Below, one piece after another: positions 23,301 to 32,998 of a stretch of 64,000 bases of DNA. Position 1 is the first letter of the stretch. Every line of letters begins with the position of its first letter. The translations under genes were made by a program, and so were the position numbers. Below the pieces are notes generated by a model, which made no database searches, had not been told where the DNA came from, and saw only the letters and a list, made by a program, of their open reading frames with translations. The stretch is from assembly GCA_043228905.1 (NCBI GenBank), contig JBHGNT010000001.1, positions 20,956,001-21,020,000 on the forward strand, in the 5' to 3' direction. The DNA comes from Azolla caroliniana (Eukaryota; Plantae; Polypodiophyta).

Positions 23301-25284
23301 TGTTCTCCAATCTATGGCTGGGTTATGTAATTCGAACCATGGTAATGCCAAAACAATGGGATGTTCTAGGATACTAATTATATTAAATGATACTACACAC
23401 GCTAATTTATCTAGGACAATATTAATGGGTTCGCACTCTTCTATAATATTCCCGGAATCAATGGGACGACCATCAATGACTACTACAGAGGTTGGACATG
23501 GGAGTTTCTTCAGGGATATCTGATGAGCTTGGGCAAAATTCCCATCCATGAAGCAAGAGTTGGCTCCGGAATCTAAGAGTGCTAAGACATGTACTAGGGG
23601 AGTACTTTTAGTACTAACCATTACTTGAGCTAAGAACACATTGCTAACTTTCTTAGAGGAAATGGAACCACTAATGGGCTGCAAAGATCTAGGGTTGTCT
23701 AACCAAACGACTCCTATTTTGGTTGGACTTAATCATTTAACTCTTCTTCTAGTTGACTAAGGATTTCAAATTTTTTTGAAAGGCTTGGCCTATTAGGACT
23801 ATCAGACACACCTAGAGAAATAGACTCGGGTTTAGTACTATTAGTACTAGCGGTTATTTGATTTACCTGCCTTTTCGGCCGATGGGGGCAGTTCACTGCA
23901 ATATGCCCCAGTCCACCGCAATAAAGACATAATCAATTTGCCTTGCGTCGCTGCTTTTCTTCTTCTAATAGTGGTCCGCAACGACATGTTGTGTCAATTT
24001 CCATTGAAGTTGGTGTATTTGTTGGAGACGTATTGAATGACTCCCTTGGGAAAGGCTTTGCTACGATTGAAGTATAGGTGGGCTCTGATCTTGTCCGTGG
24101 TATTTGGAACTGACGTTCCGAACGTCGTTCGAAGAGGCGATTATCGCATCACACCGCACGATTGATTGCTTCTGTTAATGACTTTGGCTCCTCGGGGAAA
24201 GTTAAGAGTAAATCTTTAACATCATTATGTTGGCCAAAACGAAATTGCTCCATTAGTGCTTGGTCATCCCAGGGAATATCGGTAGCGAGAAGACGGAAGT
24301 CCGCAACATAAGCTGAGGCCGGCCGCTCACCTTGGTGCAATCTTTGGATTTTGTTGATTGTTGTTCTAACACTGTCGGTATCTCCAAAACAGGCTTTAAA
24401 CTCGGTAATAAACTCTTCGAAATTATTTAACAAGGGAGAGTTTTTTCCTAACAAGGGGGCGAACCATGCCAAAGTCGTGCCACTAAGTAGAGTGCCTACT
24501 AGTCCCACTCGTGATGCATCGGTGGGATATCGAGAAGGATGCATTTGAATGACTAATCGTACCTCATTAAGGAATCCTCTAAACTGCGATCGCGTTCCAT
24601 CGAATTTCATGGGAAGGCCGATCTTGGGTTCTTTATGAATCCCTTGCGTACTGTGTTGTTGGGGTGGGGGGTGAAGCCTAGAATGGTTTCACCCCCCTCC
24701 CAAGGGGGTTACGATAGTGAGAGAGCTAGAGAGAGAGAAAAATAGAAAATGACACAATGTGAGGGGTGAAATGTATATCCATTAGATGCCCCATAAGGGG
24801 TTTATATAATACATAATGTAACGGTATATAATGACCATTACGAAAGAGACGATCGTTACACTCTTGTCACATGCACATAATTGTGCATGTGCTCACACAT
24901 ACTCATCCTCACATACTCATTTACTTTACACATACACATCAACCACATCATTACACATAATCTTATGCCTCCCCGTATATTCTTACAAGTAACACATTGC
25001 ACGCTTGTGGAACAGTGCATTGCACGGTGAACCCACTCGCCATGGCAACTCTTCTCGACTGGAACTCCATTGGTCGTCTCAACGGTTGGAAATCCCTTGA
25101 CCGGATCACTGCTCTACGATCGATAACTTCAATCGGAGCTTTGCTTGACTCGAACCTTCTCGTTCGGTCAGCACAAGTTGTGATTGGATCATACACCAAT
25201 CGGCTAGTTCAATGTGGCATGGGTCGTGAAATCGTGTTGTGCATTTGTGCAATGTTTCTTTCATCATGTGAAATTAGTTTTATA

Positions 25285-25585
25285 TTTTTTACCCTTTGGT
25301 CTTTAAAATTTTTACCCTCAAATTTTTTGAAATTTTATTTTCGGCCCTTGTGTTTTCGAAATTCTGCATTCTGCCCTCCAAATTTTGAAATCTCATTTCA
25401 TGCCCTTGAGCTTTTGAAATTTCATCTTCTTTTCCCTTAAGCTTTTGAAAATTTGTCTTCTACCCTCCAGTTTTTGAAATTTGGTCTCATGACCTCGAGC
25501 TTTTGAAATTCCGTCATATGCCCTCGAACTTCTGAAATTCGGTTTTGATGCCCTCCAATTTTGAAATTTTGAGATCTGCCCCTCT
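25285..25585. repeat. ~29-bp degenerate tandem array (~10 copies), like Mutator TIR sub-repeats
   Basis: Recurrent ccct.....ttttgaaatt unit with ~29-bp period. Confidence 0.7.
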
Positions 25586-26329
25586 CTTCTTGCCTTCTGA
25601 ATGCCCCTCTCTTCTTGCTTCCATTCATATTTTCACTTCTAGAGAATTGCAGCGGCAACGGCAACAACGGCAACAACGGTGGCAATGATTACGGCGGCTA
25701 TGGTAGCGGCGACGGCGACGACGATTGTGGTCCTTTCATTTGATGGATACCAATAATGATCATCGAAAATCGATTGATCTTCATTCCTTAGCCGTCTCGC
25801 TCACTGGGGTTTGGCAGATTGTAGTAGCATTTCATGGTGTTGGAGTAAGGGCAGGAGCTTGGCGTGCCACCATGATTGCGCTGCTCTCCAAGGACAACAA
25901 TTCATATCTCCGCGATGGATATTAGGCCCTGTATCTCGCTATTTCTTAGGCCTCAAAGTGAAGAAGTGAACACACATATAGCTTCTTAGAATTAGTTTCA
26001 CCTCAAACTTTTCATTACATGTGTGTAGTCGAGAAAACAACTTCTCTACTGAGCGCAACATATGGTTTGTGATCTTCATCCTCCTCATCACTAGATTCAT
26101 CCTCATCCTTATCTTCCATATTCTCATATCCAAGAAGGACAAATAAGGTAGCCTTTAAGATCCTTGACTATCGATGAAAACATGCAATACAAATAGTCAT
26201 GGCTATGGCGACCTTCCCTCTTTGATTAGAGTGCATGATGAACAACGTCCTCATCGATATTCACTTAAACTTGACTTGAGAAGGTTAGATGAATCCATCT
26301 CTCGTTTTCAGGCTGCACAGGAGATAGAA

Positions 26330-26970
26330 AAGCAGATAAAAGCAGAAGAAAGAGAAGGAGGCAGATTTGCTGACGATGAAGAGCTTCTCGAAGGTTCACT
26401 AGATCACCGTCTTGCAGTATTGATGATGGACCAACAAGCAAGTTCATCACTGTTACTGTTGAAGAGAGCACGAGATGGAAATGGTAGAGATGGAAGTGGA
26501 AGGAAGCCAACAAAGAAAATGACGATTGTGGTAGAGGAGAGCGAGCTCTCTAGCGATCTTGATCCATGTCAGAGGCATAGGAACGAGAGATGAAGAGAAA
26601 CAACTCGCCAAAATATTACAGGGACGAGGAGGATATGATTCTGGTCTGTTAGACGATGGTGAGCTTCAGCAATGGACTTGGTCGTTGTGCGGGATGTGAG
26701 CAAAAGCATGGAAGGGACGAAGCTTAAGCGAGCTATGGCGATGGTGGTGAGGAGCATGGGTTGTGTGGATAGTTTAAGCATCGTGACTTTCTTTGCAATA
26801 GCCAAGAGAATGATAGGGGATGGGAAGCAAGTCGCCATGGAAGTTGTAAATGCGTTGGCTTGCACATGAGGGACCGCCATATCTGAAGGTTTTTTTTTTC
26901 CAAAAACATATCTGAAGGTTCGCGTAAAGGTTCAGAGATTTTGAAGCAGAGGCGGTTCAAGAACCCTAGC
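26330..26970 (+). pseudogene. Fragment of a plant RING-vWA (WAV3/EDA40-like) gene
   Basis: FADDEEL motif, then DLVVVRDVSKSMEGTKLKRAM...DSLSIVTF...*GTAISEG..RKGSEILKQRRFKNP, resembling the family vWA segment DLVTVLDVSGSM.GTKL...GGTNIAEGLRKG; contains stops and indels. Confidence 0.75.
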
Positions 26971-27245
26971 CATATGTCCAAGGAAAGCTCCGTCATAGCC
27001 ATGCCATCGCCTATGTACCCTTCTACTTCTTCTTCCCCATTTGTTTCTTCTTCTTCCTCAGTTTCCTCTTCTACTTCTGTAGTTTGTGGCCCTATCTTCC
27101 CTATGCTTAGAGCTAATCAAGGAAGGGAACTCTTCTCAAACCAATTCTGACAGGAAAGTGGTATGTTGTTGCAGTTGCTTCTCTGCTCGGATTTGGCTCT
27201 TTCCACCGCCATAGATGTAGAAATGGTTGGGAGAGTACGAGTTGT

Positions 27246-27372
27246 GAAGCTCTCAATAACATGCTTGTCACTGTTCCCAAGCTTGTAAGTGAAATGGCCA
27301 ATTGTTGTGGACTTCCACAAGCTAGCCATGGCCAAAAGCAACAATGTTGATATGTATCTTCTCCTTCCCCAT
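27246..27372 (-). pseudogene. EF1A: N-terminal fragment of elongation factor 1-alpha, frameshifted
   Basis: MGKEKIHINIVAFGH / frameshift / KSTTIGHFTYKLGNSDKHVIESF versus canonical [42 protein letters not shown]. Confidence 0.88.
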
Positions 27373-28429
27373 GACTGTAGATACCCGCAAATAGTCAAAC
27401 AAGGTAGATGAGAATTAGGGATAGAGACAGACACACACACCTTCACAATGCATAGAGAGAGAGAGAGAGAGGGATTAGTGACGAAGAGGGAAAGTGAGGA
27501 TAGACTTCCGCTCAAGGGAAGTTGTCCGTTCAAGCGTGCCAAAAGTGTTGTTGGGGTGGGGGGTGAAGCCTAGAATGGCTTCACCCCCCTCCCAAGGGGG
27601 TTATGATAGTGAGAGAGCTAGAGAGAGAGACAAATAGAAAAAGACACAATGTGAGAGGGGGAAAATGTATATCCATTAGATGCCCCATAAGGGGTTTATA
27701 TAATACATAATGTAACGGTAAATAATGACCATTACAAAAGAGACGACTGATACACTCTGTCACATGCACATAATTGTGCATGTGCTCACACATAATCATC
27801 CTCACATACTCATTTACTTTACACATACCCTTATGCCTCCCCGTATATTCTTACGGGTAACATACTGGGTCCTTGTTGTTGCATCTCTACTAAGGTTGCT
27901 TCGAGTTGTTGCATGCGTACCACTAGTTCCCCATGTTGTTGTTGCGTCTGTTGGTTTTCTAAGGAGATTTGTTGAAGATCCCCAACAACCGTTGATTTTC
28001 TTGTTCCAAAGCAAGGAACTTCTCTTTCAAGCATTGCAGCTTTGAGAAAACAGATTAATATTCTTGAGTGCTAACAGTGGCCATAGTATGAGAGAAAAGA
28101 GGAATAAGAGATTAGTATGAAGGGAGGGAGAAGTAATAAGATAAGGGAAGAGAAGGAAGGAGAGAAAAATCGGTTCAAACTGTCAGGAGCAGTACTAAGA
28201 CAGAGAAGTACTGTCAAGAACAATACTAAAACAGAGAAGGAATTAGTACTAAAAGATGAGGATTAGTACTAAGGGAGGTGTAGAACTCTCGAGAGAAGGA
28301 AAGAGTGAGTGAGTGAGAGAGAGAGAGAGAGAGAATGAGGATAACAAAAGATATATATTATGTTAAGGGAATATATAATAGTAGCTAGGAGACTTAAGAC
28401 TGGCGTTGAACCGATTTGGTTCGAAATAA

Positions 28430-29043
28430 TGCCTTGTGCCTCCTTTTATAGTGTTCTCAAGAGTACTCTTGAAGTTTCTAGAATGTTCGAGAATCTGGAA
28501 TATACATCAATTTTCTATAGTAAAACTTAAATGAAAATAATATTTTTTATATTACAACATATAGTCAAATGGTCAAGAGCTTGACCCATGTAACATAAGG
28601 TCATGGGTTTGAGTCTTGCCATATCATGACACACACACTCTCTCTCCCCTTCCCTCCCTCCCATGTACTCTCTATGTGTTTCAAGCTTTCCATTAAACCT
28701 TCGTTCTATTTTCTCTTGCTATCCGGCTAAGCCAATTGTGTCTACAAGCTTCCACACGTAAACCCTTCACAACGTTCATACACACTAGATGTGCATGAGT
28801 AGCTTTTTTTCCCCTAGAAAATATGCGTGAGGATAACGTTTTCAACATCGAAAAACTATTTTTTTAACACACATGATGTGTTAGTACAATGGTAAGGGTT
28901 GAAATTGTTGACATGGAAGTATAGGGTTTGAATCCTGCCCTATGCATGTAACATACATTTGAATATTTTCTTCATTTTCTTCATGCTTATTCAATTGGGT
29001 TTTTTATAGGTTTTTCACATAGTGTACAAATTACACTACAACA
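28430..29043. mobile_element. Mosaic of LTR relics (two G4-like pieces and a Copia-A-like LTR end)
   Basis: 28771-29043 resembles the G4 LTR (cacactagatgtgcatgag; ttttcac.tagtgtac.aa.tacactac.aca); ~28640-28770 resembles the Copia A LTR end (aagctttccattaaacct). Confidence 0.65.
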
Positions 29044-29049
29044 ACGTGT

Positions 29050-31276
29050 AAGACATTCTACATCAATCCTCTCTGGCCAACATGGCTCAGAGGGACGTCA
29101 CATGTGATCGATGGGGTGTACAGTGTCGTCACTAGTCTCGACAACTCCTGGTTGCTCCGTCTTCTCCAAGATTGAGAACCATTGTTCATGGTTCGTCATG
29201 TAGGTAGAAGCTCCGGAGTAGTCGACGTACTACACCTCTTCCAGCTTCAAGGTGTGCACTCCCATCTAGTTAGCTTTGTGCTTCATCATGAATGCAAGTC
29301 CCATTCCGACTTGCCTTGAGCCCTCATTGTAGTGTGATGTTTGTCGTCTCTTGGAGTTGGCTCTATCTGATTCGACTTTGTCCAAATCGACCTTCTTTTT
29401 CCAGCACTCGCTCTCCTTGTGGCCTTTCTTGTCACAATACTAGAAGTCCATGGCTTTTCCTTGCCGGCTTTTGGCACCACACTTACTCCCTCTGCTCATG
29501 GAGGGTGCATTATTGTTGTCGGCATCCCTATTGTGCCTCTAATTCTACTCATATCGGCCGCCATTATTGCATGGTGATCCGTCTCTTCCACCACAACCAC
29601 AAGGCCGATCTGCCTCTCTGTACAATATCTAGTTGTGGGTGTGTGTGCTCTTCGAGGCACCCACGTGGTTCTCCTCTACAAGGAGCATTGACTGTAAGTT
29701 GAAGAAGGAAGGCATTTTCTCCCTCGTGCAGACCACCATTCGGAATGATCCAAACATCTGCGCCAGACCTTCGAGGTAGACCTGCACCATTTCGTCCTCA
29801 TCAATCATCACGTTGATGGATCCAAGCATGTCACAAATCTCCTTTATCTTGGAGGTGTAGTCGGTCACCGACATATCTCTCTATTGGATGTTGTTCAACT
29901 CTTGTCTAAGTTGCAACTTCTTGGCCATCGTGCTTGCGGCGAAGATCTTCTTCAATTTTCTCGAAGCTTCATTTCGCATCTTGGCATCCCAAACATAGTT
30001 GAGCATCTGATCGCTCACACAAGACGCAAAGCAGTACAAGACTCAGCTTGCTGCTTGCCATGCCAGGAATTCCCTATGTGTCAACTCCGGTGTTGCATCC
30101 TTTGCTTCATCCACGTAGCTCCAATAACAGTGTTCAAGCAAGTATCGATGCATCTTGTATGCCTAAGATGCATAGTTGCTCCTGTCGAGTTTTTTTTACG
30201 ACAACGAACTACCCATTTCTCTATTTATGTTCCTGTTGATTTATGTCCGAAAGATATTCTCCTTGTTTGTGTTAAAGCACTTGTTGGCTCCAAAGGATTC
30301 TTCTCAACCCTCACGGCACTCGGATACCGTGTAAAAGGTTACGTGCGGAATCTTTTACACATTAGACACAATCGACTCAGCAAGACAATAGTTCACAGTT
30401 AGGTACACACTTAGGGTGGAGAGTACATAGAGATAGAGAGATAGATAGATAGAGATTGAGATTGAGATTGAGTTAGTAGACAACAAAATTTGAGTCTAAA
30501 TAATGATGCTCAATACATACAATGTGCTCATAGAGCACTCTTTATACCAGCCCTTGATAGTGGGCTGACACAAGTTGTTACGGGCATGACCATTTAATAT
30601 CCTGTGGTGAGAATTTACCGTAGTATTCTATACACATGGATAAGTGTGAGGGTTAAACGAGAGTGTAAAGAAGGGGAGGATTATTTTTAATCCTCGGGAT
30701 TGAGACAACCCATTAGGTCAAGTGTGAACTTGCCTGGGGGCCTTGGGTATCGCTATAAATAAGAGGCCTAGCTACCCTCATTTGATCATCTTTTGACTAC
30801 ATCGAGACTCTGCTCTTGTGGTGGGTCAACTCTTGTAGCGAGCGCGCCAGCACCAGGTACGACTCGACGCCACGGCGGTGGTATGGGACGCCGATCGAGG
30901 CTCGAGTCCGTCTCGATCCCTTCGCTTGGGGGTGGTCGGGTGGATCGGCACCCTTCTTTCTCTTTCTCCTTTCTATCTATCATTACTTTATCCATATCTT
31001 AAGCTTACTTTAGTACCTAGATCTCTAATACAAGTACCGACTATTACTTTAATGCTCACTTATGAGCTCTAACACTAACTTGCCTATAATATTCTTATTA
31101 CTAAAATAGGAATGTAGGCCCTAATGACCTGTTGGCTTCCAGCCGATCCATCTTACGACTTTTGCAGTCGATCCTTTAGTCGATCTAGCTTTCGACTTCT
31201 TCAATCGAGTTCCCTCAATCGATCGGCTTTTAGCGTCTTTAGCCGATTCGGCTCATGTTGAGCTTGTCACTCAATA
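29050..31276 (-). mobile_element. Copia E: truncated Copia-A-like element (5' LTR, decayed PBS, gag, protease)
   Basis: LTR 30330-31276 with a solo LTR inserted, decayed PBS ~30318-30329, gag remnants (TDYTSKIKEICD, PSFFNLQSML). Confidence 0.8.
30576..31030 (+). mobile_element. Solo LTR of the G5 chromovirus family
   Basis: Homologous to 41954-42418; TSD caagt 30571-30575/31031-31035; ends ctctaata. Confidence 0.93.
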
Positions 31277-32872
31277 GCCTCGAAAACTCAGTACCGACTC
31301 GCACTGAGACTCACGTTTTGTGCAAGTCCCCAAACATCCAAATGGATCAAATTGACCTTGTTGTAGATCCGATTGTGCTCATTGGGGAATGGAAGCGGAT
31401 GTTGCTTTTTGAGTTGATACACTTTATAGATTTGGCCTTTACAACCACTGAATTTTGACAAGCTAAAAATGAAAAATTTCGACTGCATGCCATGAAGTCT
31501 CCGAAAGTTGATGTGGTTGAACCACTTGTGCCATAAGTTGATGTTTGAATCCACTTTCTGTCCTTTAGCATACACTGCGGTGCTGACATCATTGATGTCG
31601 AGGATAAACATTTGGACTTCTCTCATCCTTGTGCAATTAACCAACCGTCATTCTCGATTAAGCATCCATCTTGATTGAATCATACTTGCATGCCCTGGTC
31701 GACAATTTGTTTGACCGACACCAGGTTCTTGGTGATTGTTGACACAAGCAATATGTTCTTCATGGACCCTCTCTAACTGACATGAATCAAAGGAACATCT
31801 CCAATATGTTCAATAGTGTGGATGGTGTCATCACCGGTTTTCACGTACCCCAGCTGATCGGGCTTCTGTAAGCTCATGAACCATTCCTCATGGTTCATCA
31901 TATGGTTTGATGCTCCTGAATCGACATACCACACCTCTTCTTGTTTGGAGGTGCTTGCTTCCATTGAATTTGCACTATGCTTCATCACAAATATGGGATC
32001 ACCACCCAACCGTCCCATATCACAGGCACAGTGCAACCTTTGTCGACTTCCCAATTCGACCCTGCCCCCGGTTGTGCCTGATTCCGCTTTGCCCGAATTA
32101 ACCCGCTTCATCCAACATTCATCTTCTTTGTGGCCTTTCTTGTAGCAATACCAACAATCAATCGGCCTATCTTGTCGACTTGCGGCACTACTATGACTCC
32201 CCCCTACTAGTGGAGGGTCCTTGTGTTACGGGCATGACCATATAATATCCCGTGGTGAGAATAGTCGTAGTATTCTATACACGTTGTCGTGCCTTTCGGC
32301 TCCGGATCGTTGCGTGAGTCGGGTGGGAACCGCTGGGGTTTTGGACTAGGAAGAGGAGAGTTTTAAGGCTAATAAGAATATAAATATGTTGTAAGAAAGA
32401 GTTATAGCAAACTCGTGAATCCCACGAGTGTATTGTATTTGATTAATCAATATGAATATAAGAATATAAACTTCGGTTGAAAGAGAATGATATAGAATTC
32501 TCGTGAATCCCACGAGTATAGTTTATTAATTGGTGTTTTTTAGAAACATATCCAGTTTCCAAATATTTTTCACACACCTATTACATTGTGCTCCCCATCC
32601 TTATATAGTGATGGGAGAGACTAAGCATAGCTACATGCTTTTTTTCTAATATGTTCATGCACACTAAATGTGCATGTGATGCTTTTCTAATCCTTGCTTT
32701 TATTTGCTAAATATAGTGCTCATGCACGCTAGATGTGCATGAGTCACTTTTTAGTCGCTTGCGTTTTTCTATAAAATATTCACGCACTCTAAAAATACAT
32801 GATTTACCTTTTAATAAAGGTAGGCGCAAATAAAGCACTTATAGTTATTAAATCTATTTATAAAACACTAAA

Positions 32873-32945
32873 GATAAGGTAGCATAATGGTAAAGTTGAG
32901 GTTTGGCTACGTGGAGGTACAAGGTTCAAATCTTGCCCTATGCAC
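32873..32945 (+). promoter_or_regulatory. tRNA-like Pol III internal promoter in G4 LTR (second copy ~35254-35326)
   Basis: A box tagcataatgg 32880-32890, B box ggttcaaatct 32923-32933 (starts 43 nt apart), T-arm caag/cttg. Confidence 0.7.
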
Positions 32946-32998
32946 GTGATAAATATCTTGATTTTCTTATTTTATTTATTTATATGTAATTAAATCGG

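Larger units (their letters stand above)
24654..27862 (-). mobile_element. Non-autonomous LTR element (LARD-like) with host-derived cargo
   Basis: Direct repeats 24654-24994 and 27546-27862 (element strand TGTTAC...CAACA), TSD tactg 24649-24653/27863-27867, PBS-like TGGCACGCTTGAACGGAC at 27541-27524, no gag/pol inside. Confidence 0.9.
22100..28045 (-). mobile_element. Gypsy G2 (Tcn1-like chromovirus type), degenerate fragment split by an insertion in gag
   Basis: gag ~28034-27868 continuing 24653-24149 (QGPS|TQGIHKEPKIGLPMKFDGTRSQ), protease LLDSGAN, RT PPWGPIYNLS...YLDD 23684-22250; internally deleted 3' end. Lineage call from recalled motif similarity. Confidence 0.85.

Noticed and set aside
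27148-27350. Lipocalin-like GKWYVVAVAS frame on the + strand
   Set aside because: Only a short motif, and most of the frame is antisense to the EF-1alpha fragment.
30330-31276. LTR E as the 3' LTR of Copia D
   Set aside because: No PPT beside it, it differs from the 43208-43538 LTR, and it has its own PBS and gag.
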